From Octopus sinensis (lineage: Eukaryota), in contig NC_042999.1 of the NCBI RefSeq assembly GCF_006345805.1, positions 134,912,001-134,976,000 of the forward strand: 64,000 nt of DNA, written 5' to 3'. The notes under the pieces are model-generated. The model ran no database searches and was not told the DNA's origin. It was given only the letters and a program-made list of their open reading frames with translations. This document shows positions 12,193 through 23,126 of the stretch, piece by piece; the stretch's first letter is position 1, and the number at the start of each line of letters is the position of its first letter. A program made the position numbers and the translations under genes.

Positions 12193-14557
12193 ATGGCGAC
12201 CCCCGTCGCCGTACAGATGAATCTACATCCGATTATGAACTGGGATTCTAGTGATGTCGTAGAAGCATTTAAAAAATTCAAACAAAAAACTCAACTAGCT
12301 TTCAAAAGTTTCCTGAAAGGCACAACTGACGATGAGAAGGTAAGCTATATCCTTCTATGGTCAGGTAATAAAGGAATAGACCTATTCAATAGCTGGGATA
12401 TGTCAGAATCGGACTGCAATAACCCAGACACACTTCTTGAGAAATTTGAAAGGCACCTAGAGCCCAGGTCGAACCATAGAATTCACAGATACGAATTCCA
12501 GGGCCTGAAACAAGACCCACAAGAAACAATTGACAATTTCCTGTCAAGACTGAAAAATATTGCAGAGAAATCAAATTCAAAGACAGGGAGGAGAGAATTG
12601 TAGACCAATTAATATGGGGGTGTGCCCACAAAGAAGTACAAAAATCACTAATAGGTAAGGACGCTCTCCAGTTGGTAGAAGCAGTAGACACTGCAAGAGC
12701 ATTCGAAGCCACTACCAAACAGATGGCCTCACTTAATTACGAACAAGCTCACTTGGTAGCAGTGTAGATACTGTATCTAGGCACAGGACACATACCCACA
12801 AACAAAGAACATGCCAGTACTGTGGTACAGAGCATGAATTTAATAACCGGAAAAAATGTCCTGCATTCGGTACACACTGCAAATGATGTGGAAAAATTAA
12901 CCACTGGAAAAAAATGTGTAGATTAACAAAATCCCAGAAAGACAAGCCCCAATTTTTAAAGAGGAGCAGAAATAGAAGAGATATACATGCACAACAACAG
13001 GAACAAAACACCCCAGAGGAGGAATTCTTGGTAGTCGGCATAATAAATGTGCATGAGATGGGAAAGGACGACCGGAAGAAAGAAGATGAGGCATACACGA
13101 CAATAAGAATTCAAAAGAAGGCCGGAAGGAAAAGAACAAACATAGACTTAAGGCTGAAGATAGACACTGGGGCCCAGAGTGATATCTTGCCTGTCAGCTT
13201 ATACAAGAAGATGTTCCCAGAAAATATGACAGAAGAGGATAGGGTCAGGAAAGGAATCCTCACACCAAGTGATGTGGTTCTCACTGCGTACGGAGGAACC
13301 AGGATTCCACAACTGGGTAAAACAACTATCACAGGGACACACAAAGTAAAAATAATTAAGTGTTCTTTTTATGTCACAAGAACAGAAGGGCCAGCAATTC
13401 TTGGACTCAATACCTGCAAAAATTTAAATATTGTGTCGGTCAATGGTGAAGTGAAAGCAGCTCCAAGCAGGATTGACAGTGATATGCCTATCAAAGACCG
13501 ACCACCAATCACAAACAAACAGGAGATGGAAGGACTAAGCATAAAGGTCCACCACATTGTAAATGTGACAACCACAAAGCTTGCGGAAATCAAAGAGGAG
13601 ACCAGCAAAGATGAAGAACATCAGCTCCTTACACAGATGGTGATTCAGGGGTGGCCAGAAAAGAGACATCAGGTACAGCCCCTAATTCGTGAATATTGGG
13701 CCATCCATAATGATATATCAGTGGAGGATGGAATCCTGATGGCTGGATCCCGAATAATTATACCCAAGTCAATGCAAGAAGAGATTCTTGACAAGATCCA
13801 CCAAGGGCATCTCGGAATGGAAAAATGCAAGCTCCGAGCCAAGTCAGCAGTATATTGAGTAGGCATGTACAAATACATAGAAAAGAGAGTTTCTACATGC
13901 CACATCTGTCAAAAGTACAGAAACTCACAACAAAAGGAAGAAATGATATCTAGTGACATCCCAAGAAGGCCATGGCAAACTATTGGAGTAGATCTGCTCA
14001 CAGAGGGCCAAGAATGGTATTTGATAATGGCCTGCTACTACTCCAAATTTCCATTTGTGAGAAAAGTGAAAGACCTGACAGCCAAAACAATCACCACAGT
14101 AGCTCGAGGACTTCTAGCAGAGCAAGGAATACCAGAGCAGATCATATGTGATAATGGAACCCAGTTCACATCACAAGAATTCAAAAAGCTTGCCGATGAG
14201 TATGGGTTCAATATTACAACTTCATCTCCACACTACCCCAAAGGCCATGGGTTTATAGAAAGACAGGTGCAGACAGTGAAGAGAACACTAGTCAAATGCC
14301 GAGAGACTAAGGAAGACCCACACCTGGCACTTCTGTCCCTACGAGCGACACCACTGAGAGCTGATATGAAATCCCCAGCAGAATTGCTGAATGGCAGGAA
14401 GTACAAAACTACCCTGCCAACTAAAATCCAACCTCCTATTGACCAGGAAGAGACAAGGGCAAAGCTAGCAGCCACTCAAGAACAATCACAGAGGTATTAC
14501 AACAAACATGCACAATATTTACCTGAGATACTTGGAGGACAACATGTGCATACTTAA
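12193..14557 (+). pseudogene. Disrupted gag-pro-int polyprotein of the gypsy element
   Basis: ORFs 12193..12603, 12914..13858 and 13865..14557; a frameshift in gag, in-frame TGA at ~12884 and 13856, TAA at 14555. Protease region joins directly to the post-RNase H linker near 13520. Confidence 0.9.
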
Positions 14558-15049
14558 GATCCCATAACTAAAACATGGATCCCAGCACAGGTTGTCAGTA
14601 GAGCTGAAACTCCAAGATCATATATAATAGAAACGGAATCTGGTAGGCAGCTGAGACGCAACAGGGCCCACATCCGCCCAACACCAGAGCTGTTGAGGAC
14701 AACGTGTACTACACCTGCTGCATTAGTGACAACACCCACAGAATCATCACCCCAACGTGCACCAACCACCTATCAGCAGTCCAACAACACACCTCAGACA
14801 CCGGTGCGAAGCACAAGATCCACCAGATGGAGAAAGAACATTCTGCCACCGGTTCGATACCGTTAAAGAAAAAAAAAGAAAATGAAAAGAGAAGTATCTA
14901 ATTCAGCTAGACTACAAAGCAGAGGCAGAATAATCTCACGACCTCTGCTGTAGGATTGCCACCTCAGGCTGACAATCCATAGAGCAAGGGAGACTACTCA
15001 TAATTGTCTTCACTGCCAAAAGACCCCTTTATTTTTTTTCAAGAAGGAA

Positions 15050-15257
15050 TGTTACACATTCATATCTATGTGTATACGTGCATCCCCACTCTTGGCACTA
15101 TTTTGTTAGTGAATAGTACAAACTGTGTGTAAAGTGTATAACGTATTACTACGCTGAAGGTCGAGTCCGTGTAACATGTAAAGCAAATAAACACGTAACA
15201 ATAACAATGGTTTTCATTTGGTTGTCTATCCCATTAGAACCCAAACTACACACAACA
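15050..15257 (+). repeat. 3' LTR (208 bp)
   Basis: Direct repeat of 11863-12069, preceded by the polypurine tract. Confidence 0.95.
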
Positions 15258-16062
15258 GTCATGTCCCTTGGGAGACTAATGCAAGAGTAACTGTCTTATA
15301 ACAATCCACTGCAATTGAAAAACAACGGCGAAACTGTATTCTTATATCGGCTCAATAGAGATCCCAATTAAAAGCCAACCATATCAACACATCAACTCTT
15401 TCAAGCAAGTCACAAAGAAAACACTACATGGCTTTTGCAGCACATTTGACAAAAAGAAAAATATGTTGTATGTACGAGGACTATGTAGACCTCAGTTATA
15501 CTGAAACATTGTATAAACAGGGAAGATGGGTCTGTTGATCACATCTCGTCGTTCGTCCGACTACATAAGACTACTGAATCAAGCCTGACTCGGCACCACA
15601 CACAAATAGTGTTCAGGAAATGTGTCTACAGGAAATGTGGATCTGAGTCCTTCAGACTGCCTTCGACTTTTCTATCTAAAAGGAATTATTCAGTGCAATA
15701 TTTACGTGCTGTTATTCCTAACATTGTGTATGCCTCGAGGTGTATTATTCCATGTACACATACACACACGCACACGCATGTACACATACACACACACAAA
15801 CACACGCACACACACACACACACATGACAGAAGTAAATATACGCCCTTATAATCATTAAAATATATTTAAATCTGAAATTATATATTCAAATTATTTATT
15901 AATTATTATAATGTGAATATCTAATATTTAGTAGATATGCCCTTTTCATTTTTCAGTGCAAGGATTCTATAAAGCATGCTACTGATCAGATGACGAATAT
16001 TCTTTTAGGGAATTTCCTGTCAAGTTTCATGCAATTTCAGTAATGAGGCAAAACACAAGACA

Positions 16063-16330
16063 CACGTGTGGAAAAGCTAAAGTTAGAAAATAAAACAGGA
16101 AATAATAGCTCAAAGGAAAGACATAAATAGCGTGAGAAAAACAAAACAAAAGCGAGAAATCCACATTTGGCTCATAAACTATGTCAAATTTATGGCCACT
16201 CTCTAAAACAAGAACTATTGTTTTGAAATTCGCTTCTTCCTAAACTTATTCACGTGTTTCGCACGCGACAAAAGCAAACATAATTTGCAATTGATAATAA
16301 AATAAGCAATAAATAAATTAATAAATAAGA
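16063..16330 (+). promoter_or_regulatory. Recurrent motif module, copy A
   Basis: CACGTG 16063, GCGTGAGAAAA 16130, CTATGTCA, GAACTATTGTTT 16212, TTCACGTGTTTC 16249, then an AATAAATAAATT tract. Confidence 0.5.
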
Positions 16331-16364
16331 AGAGAGACTAAAGGAAAGGTAAAATCGAGTTCCA

Positions 16365-16442
16365 TATAAATATCATCGATTTTTACAGAAACATCATTCG
16401 AGAAACGAACTTTGACTTGAAACAAATTAATCAGAGGTGAGT
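16365..16442 (+). promoter_or_regulatory. Predicted core promoter and non-coding first exon of tyrosinase copy 2
   Basis: TATAAATA at 16365; Inr-like TCATTC with its A at 16396, 31 nt downstream; consensus donor GAG|GTGAGT at 16437. Coding exon 1 has an acceptor 9 nt before the ATG, which implies an upstream exon. Confidence 0.55.
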
Positions 16443-18021
16443 GAAGAACAGTTTCTAGTTATATTTCCTTTACAGTGATTCTTTTTTTTTTTTGGTGGGG
16501 TGGGGAGACAAAGGTCGTTTCGCTTTTTGCTTTTTTGTTGTTTTTGTTTTTACCTGGAAGCTTATAATTTTCATCAATCAGAATCATAGTTTACACACTG
16601 TAGTGAAGTGAACCGCTATGAACGGAGAACTCTAGTTTGAAACATGGTATCTACGTGACATTTCTAGAAACTTAAGAGAAATTGAAATAACAAACGACTT
16701 ACATCTAAATTTTACAATGAAGAAATTATCTTTCTCTCTTCTTCGTGGATAGGCAAGAACTCAGAGCATTAGATTTCACAATTTTTGCGTTAAGTCAAAC
16801 TTAACGATTTACTTCTTTTTGAGACATCTAACCGTTGACCAGTGATGACAGTATACGAATAGCCAGTCCATTGACTGAACATCTGCAATTTCCTTGTTTC
16901 GTTGCATCCTCTCTCTCTATATATATATGTGTGTGTGTGTATGTGTGTGTGTATGTGCGCGCGCCTGAAATTTACAAGCAGAATTTAATAGCTTGATGCG
17001 TGCATGTTTTTAAATTGTTGACTATTCTGGTTGAGGCCCAATTGACAACGCAAGGCTATAGAATTGCAAACATCAAGAGACATTAAATACCTTCAGTTCC
17101 TTGATTGAATTGGTCTTGTACCATAACCATTATCTTTTAAGTATCACAATGAAATAAATTCCAGTGGTATGAGGTCCTGTGAACGCGTAAAAAATTCTTC
17201 TGAACCTCTTCGTCCAAACCACCTCCCCGGCAAAATCGCATCAAGATAGGTCCTTACATTACTATGTTAGTGTGGGGACACTCGCCGTCTTACTGGAAAT
17301 GGAATTTCACACTTTCAAAATACTTCTGAATGCTTGGCATGACAAATTGTTGCAGCAAGTTCAAGTAAATTGGACCACTCACAGTACCATAAAACAAAAA
17401 TGGTCAAATTAATCATACTATAAACCCTAATAAATTAACCTGCTTTTCTATAAAATGCAGATTCTCAGATCCGCAGTAAGTGCAATCGTGACACTTAATT
17501 ACGCCAATTAATTTAAATGTAACATCATCACTCAGGACAATTTTGTAGGAAAGTGTGCATCTTCTACGCATCTTGGCAAGTGTCACTCACAAAACAACAC
17601 TTTTCGGCCCGAATCGGCTTCAATGAGAGCATGACAGCGCTTCAAAATGCGATGAACACTCGGTTTTGAAATTTCTATTGAACTCTAGCAATACGTTTTG
17701 AGTACACTATCGTGCTTTGTATCCGCGGTCTTCTGGAACGTTTCTTGTGGACATTCTGAGCAGTTTTATCTGCTTCAGACTTATCTCTAATTCGAGGGAC
17801 AGTACATCGTGTTTGAAACTCTCTACTAAACTGTCTTTGCATATTGGATTGAGTTTTACAAACTTTCAGTTGCACTTTAGAGTAAATTTCCTTTTTTCAA
17901 GGCTTAGTCTGGTTCTTTTCATAATTTCAAAGCTTTAAATCTCAAAAGAAATAAAATTAGGTGAGCTTTCAGGTGTTGAAGTGTGTATACATTTTGAGAC
18001 ATGCTACAAGTGTATATATAT

Positions 18022-18125
<104 letters not shown>

Positions 18126-18177
18126 ACATATGTGTGTATCTATTTATACTTCTAATCTTTATTTGCAGAGAACCATA

Positions 18178-18522
18178 ATGAGGTATTTAATCTTGATTCT
18201 AACGCTGACCGTGACCGTTGTTTGTGCAGATGATTTTAACATAATAAAATCATTCACAAAATGTTACAAGAATTTCCAAAACAATGCTTTTGAATCGAAC
18301 AAGAGGCAGGAGTGGCAGAAATACTGTTTGGATAACAACCCTTATGTTCGGAAACGTTTTGGAGGTTGGGTTAACCAAATTCCAAACATTCATGACTATA
18401 ATAATATGGGAGATGGTCCAAAGCCTATTAGGTCAAAGCAGGTCAGAAAGGAATATAGAATGCTCACTACAAAAGAGAGAAACGATTTCCATCACGCCAT
18501 TAATCTATTAAAACAAGATACG
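18178..18522 (+). CDS. Tyrosinase-like gene copy 2, coding exon 1
   Basis: Acceptor AG at 18167-18168, ATG at 18178, donor gtaagt at 18523; translation identical to copy 1. Confidence 0.92.
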
Positions 18523-19372
18523 GTAAGTTCTTTAGTTGATATCAGTTAATTAGCAAATTTAATCAACAATTTTTACTGTACTTTATTACAAATTCAGCAA
18601 ATTTATTAATTTTCTTACACATGAAATTCGACAGTATGTGACCTCATGCAATGTCCCAATGGTGTTGGTAACCTAAGTAAGGCGCAACATTTGTAATAAA
18701 ATAGTAATCAATTATAGAGTTTAATTGTTGCTACAGCCGACGATATTGGAGCTAAAGTAAGGCGGCGAGCTGGAAGAAACGTTAGCACGCCGGGCGAAAT
18801 GCGTAGCCGTATTTCGTCTGTTCTGAGTTCAAATTCCTCCGAGGTCGACTTTGCCTTTCATCCTTTCGGGGTCGATAAATTAAGTACCAGTTAAGCACTG
18901 GGGTCGATGTAATCGACTTAATCCGTTTGTCTGTCCTTGGTTGTCCCCTCTGTGTTTAGCCCCTTGTGGGTAGTAAAGAAATATGTATTTCGTCTATCTT
19001 TAAGTTCTGAGCTCAAATTCCGCCGAGGTCGACTTTGCCTTTCATCCTTTCGGAGTCGAAAAATTAAGCACCAGTTGAGTACTGGGGTCAATCTAATCGA
19101 CTTTCCCATTCCCCCATTATTTCGGGCCTTGTACCTAGAGAAGAAAAGGATATTGAAGCTAGAGTAAGGCGGCGAGCTGGCAAAAACGTTAGCACGCCGG
19201 GCGATGCTTAGCGGTATTTCGTATATCTTTACGTTCTGAGTTTAAATTCCGGCGAGATCGACTTTGCCTTTCGTCCTTTCGTGGTCGATAAATTAAGTAT
19301 CATTCGCGTACTGGCCCCCTCCCCAATAAATTTGGGCCTTCTGCCTACAGCAGAAAAGGATTTTGTAGCTAA

Positions 19373-19417
<45 letters not shown>

Positions 19418-19456
19418 CTTTATAATAACTAATAATGGTCACTTTTTTTTATTTAG

Positions 19457-19569
19457 AGGTTGAAACCAAATGTTTATGATGCGATCGCCTTCCTCCATTC
19501 TGGTCCCACGGTTATAAACGCTCACGCTGGCCCATCTTTTTTAGCTTGGCACAGAATCTACCTTAACAT
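19457..19569 (+). CDS. Tyrosinase-like gene copy 2, coding exon 2 (CuA)
   Basis: Same 113-nt exon with canonical AG/GT; one synonymous change (TCG to TCT, Ser) relative to copy 1. Confidence 0.92.
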
Positions 19570-19710
19570 GTAAGTATTTTCTTCCACACGTAAGAATTAC
19601 TTTTGAACATTATTTATATTTGTTTTTATACCGTATTCTTCGAATATTTTAATACTTCATAAATCTTAGATCGATAATATATATGTTTATATATGTACAC
19701 ATGCACACGC

Positions 19711-19779
<69 letters not shown>

Positions 19780-20393
19780 TATTAGTATGTATTTATATAG
19801 GTATATATGTATGTATGTATGCATGCATGTATGTAAGTATAATACACCCTAATGACTAAGCCACACGTCTTCACAGAAAAGTCCAGTGGTTACTAATATA
19901 AGAATCGAACTCTTTGCTTATTCTTACTTGTCAAATAAGTTCGATGATTTCCTAGAAATTTTTTAACGAGTTCCTTCATATTCATATGAGATGGGAACGG
20001 GAAGAAATATACGGCCTCAACATTTAGGATTAACATCTAGCGTTTAGAGACCCAAAGAGCAAGGAAGACTTCAAATTAAGTTTCTAGATTATGTCAATCA
20101 CAGAGCATTTTGTTCATCTTACACTCAAACATTAGAGCAAGATTACATTTTCTTTACTGATTCTAATGATACGGAGTCATCCATAGCGCCCCCATAATCA
20201 TAATCACCACTTTAGTTTAATCATATACTCGATCTTTTTCATCATTATCACCACTACCATCATCATCATCGCCATCATCATCATCATCATCATCGCCATC
20301 ATCATTATCAGCAGCAGCAGCAGCAGCATCGTCATCATCTTCGCTTTATTTATTGTATAATTTTTCTTTTTGTTTTTCATTTCATTTCCTCAG

Positions 20394-21964
20394 GATGGAA
20401 GAAGCTCTTAATACAAAGATGCCAGGAATAACAATTCCGTATTGGGATCCAACACTTGACAGCTCTCTTGATGATCCTCGAGATTCCATTATCTGGACGG
20501 ATAAATTCTTGGGAAATATTAATGGAATTGTTAATTGTGGTCCGTTTGCTAACTGGAGCACACCAGCTGGGCCTCTGATAAGGAATGGTGGTTTTATTAG
20601 TAACTTACCAACTAATCGCGACATAGAAAATATTCTGAGCCGATGGAGACTTGCAGATATCACCGAACCAAATGCGATTATTAAATACAATTTGGAATTT
20701 CACCACAATTCTATGCACAATTTTATTGGAGGACATTTAGGTCAACCAGAAACCTCTCCTATGGATCCAGTTTTCTGGCTAATCCACAGCTATATAGATC
20801 TTCTTATGAATCGTTTCAATGAGAACCAAAAGAAGCACAATGTCGATCCTGCAACAGATTATCCATTAAATTATGGTTTACCAGTTTATGGTCCTGATCA
20901 AAAAATTGTTCTGAAGAATATAACAATCAGAGAAGCATTAAAACAAGCTCAATCTTCTAATTATGTTCCTCTATATGACTACGCTATACTGGAGATGCCA
21001 TGTTACGAAAATTCAAATTTTCTTCCTTCTCCATATCTAACTTGCCACAAGGGAAGATATCAGACGAAAACTAGAAAATCAGCTGGTTGCAATGCTCTTA
21101 TTCCCTATCAGAATATGTTTTGTATTAACCGTAAATGTGATCTAAAAGAATGGGCATTTATTCCAGTTGAAGTAATTTACGAACGACCTTTCGAAACGAT
21201 GAAATTTGGAAATTTCCCGATCAGAAATGGCATACCAGATTTACTGACTGATCTATACGACAATAATATACCCCAAAATATCTCATCTAGTAACTCTACT
21301 TGCCGAAGTAAAAAGTGTTGTGGCCCCGCGGGAAGAGTCAGTGTGCAAGCCAGTGGCATCAATTATTTTGGTAACTATGAAGAAATGGTGATAGTTGATC
21401 GTAGATTAGCTGTGTCATCGGATATAGCCTACATTGGTATCAGAAGACCTACAACAAACTTCAGTCTGGTATTTACGACAGTTTCAGAACAATGTGGAAG
21501 AATATGTCGTCCTTCTTGCTTAGTGCCGGGTTCAAATCCACCGAGGTACACAGAATGTATAGGTCTGTTGAACTTAACTCACAATGATGCTCATTTCTAC
21601 GGCAATACTCTGGCAGAAGCTTACATGAAAGTGTGGGATTATAAAAACCAGATACGACCGAAAGTAAGACACGAGAATATACCAATCGTATACCATTGTG
21701 ATGACAGCCTGTGGCCATTTAACAACACCGACTATACAACAACAACACCATCATCTTGGACAACAGCGTCAACACGTACACGAACCACAACTACTACTAC
21801 CACTACTACAACTCCAACAACTACAACACCAACAACTACAACACCAACAACTACAACACCAACAACTACAACACCAACAACAACAAGTTGGGTATGGAGA
21901 ACAACAACACCAACAACAAGATGGGAGTGGAAAACAACGACAAGCAGTGGTGATAGTAATATCT
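20394..21964 (+). CDS. Tyrosinase-like gene copy 2, coding exon 3 (CuB, molluscan Cys-rich domain, Thr/Pro linker), intact
   Basis: 1571-nt open exon with phases 2 and 1 consistent with both neighbours. Contains YWD, HHNSMHNFIGGH...SPMDPVFWLIH, FCINRKCDLKEWAFIPVEVI, GINYFGNY, CGRICRPSC and PTTTT repeats. Confidence 0.93.
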
Positions 21965-22914
21965 GTAAGTATTTCATTTATCCACTCCTTTAATGAATGC
22001 ATGTCTGTTTACGATATATATGTATCATATACAATACAGGATTTTATATAATTTATTACAAAATCTGTTGATTCACTTATTTTTTCTTCTCAACAAGAGC
22101 CCACGCCTGTTACTTATTTCCTTCCAAGTATTTTACATCAATAATCTCAACATATAACTAAGTGGTTGAGAGGCAGAGGCAGAGGCAGTAGAGCGAAAGA
22201 TTAAATGTCTTGTATTTAATAATGTATCTTTACTTTCTAAATTCAAATTCTCTTTGGATCAACTTTGGGTTTCACCATTCCGGTGCAGATAAAATAAGAC
22301 CTGTGCCACGTGTCTAAAGTTTCATTTATAAGCTAAAGTCATTGAAAAGAAGAAATGTTAAACCAACAATGGCAGAGAAAAATGTGTGTCGATGCTAGAA
22401 ATCATTATGTAATCAGTATTACAGCTATGCATATCCTTAAAGCAAAACTAAGGAACACGATTCCCCTACTTTTCTTATTTATAATATATGTTTCTGATTT
22501 ATAGCATTATCACATTCTAATTCGCAACATCCCTATAATCTTAATTACGAAGTTCCTGAAATTAGTTTCATGAACCTCAATATTTTCGTGCATATTATTA
22601 TCCACGAGAAAACCAATAATTAATATATTTATGCTTCATGTGATATTATATGAACCTTCTAAACTAGTTTGCAAGCATTCTTCACTATGGATGATAAAGC
22701 TAAAATTTGAAACATCGTTTATTCGGCTATAGGTTCACTTCAAAATGAAATACATGTGCATTTTAATATATATTGGAAAAATTACTAAAATATACCCCAC
22801 TCACCCATCTTTTTCGTACCATTAAATCACTCCATAATGTTTCCTTAAATTATATCTGATAAATTCATATAAGATATAACATTTTTGCATCTCGTTTTTC
22901 TTTTTTCATTCCAG

Positions 22915-23126
22915 TTTGTAAAGTCGATAACTCTTGTGTAATCCCATCGAGATGTAGCTGTTCATACATGGAAAAGAAACCTTGCATGCAACTGTGCTCC
23001 CGATACGCCATATGTATTTACGGACAATATTTCGTTTTAAATTGCGGTTCTGGATTTAGATACAACCACCAACTGAAGCAGTGTGTTCGAGGATACTGCT
23101 CACACAGATACTTATCAAAGATATAG
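22915..23126 (+). CDS. Tyrosinase-like gene copy 2, coding exon 4 (CBM14-like module, stop)
   Basis: Acceptor cattccag| at 22914, TAG at 23124-23126. Total spliced CDS is 345+113+1571+212 = 2241 nt, i.e. 746 aa plus stop. Confidence 0.85.

Larger units (their letters stand above)
11863..15257 (+). mobile_element. Ty3/gypsy LTR retrotransposon, internally deleted (gag-protease-integrase, no RT/RNase H)
   Basis: TG...CA LTRs at 11863-12069 and 15050-15257; 5-bp TSD GTCAT (11858-11862, 15258-15262); PBS TGGTGGCAGCGGT; PPT AAGAAGGAA (15041-15049); two CCHC knuckles; protease KIDTGAQ; integrase HHCC and rve core. Confidence 0.95.
11790..15460 (+). mobile_element. Degenerate Penelope-type GIY-YIG endonuclease remnant split by the gypsy insertion (11790-11862 plus 15263-15460)
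   Basis: Removing the LTR element and one TSD joins SNYRNSES|CPLGD*CKSNCLIQST..., then in another frame FLYIGSIEIPIKSQPYQHINSFK-like text. This resembles the PLE CNC...CPL.G.C...Y...YIG.T...H..SF consensus. Confidence 0.55.

Noticed and set aside
13856-13858. In-frame TGA in gypsy pol as programmed readthrough
   Set aside because: It falls at the conserved Trp of the integrase (Y/F)WP.M motif, so it is a TGG-to-TGA mutation; other stops and frameshifts show the element is decayed.
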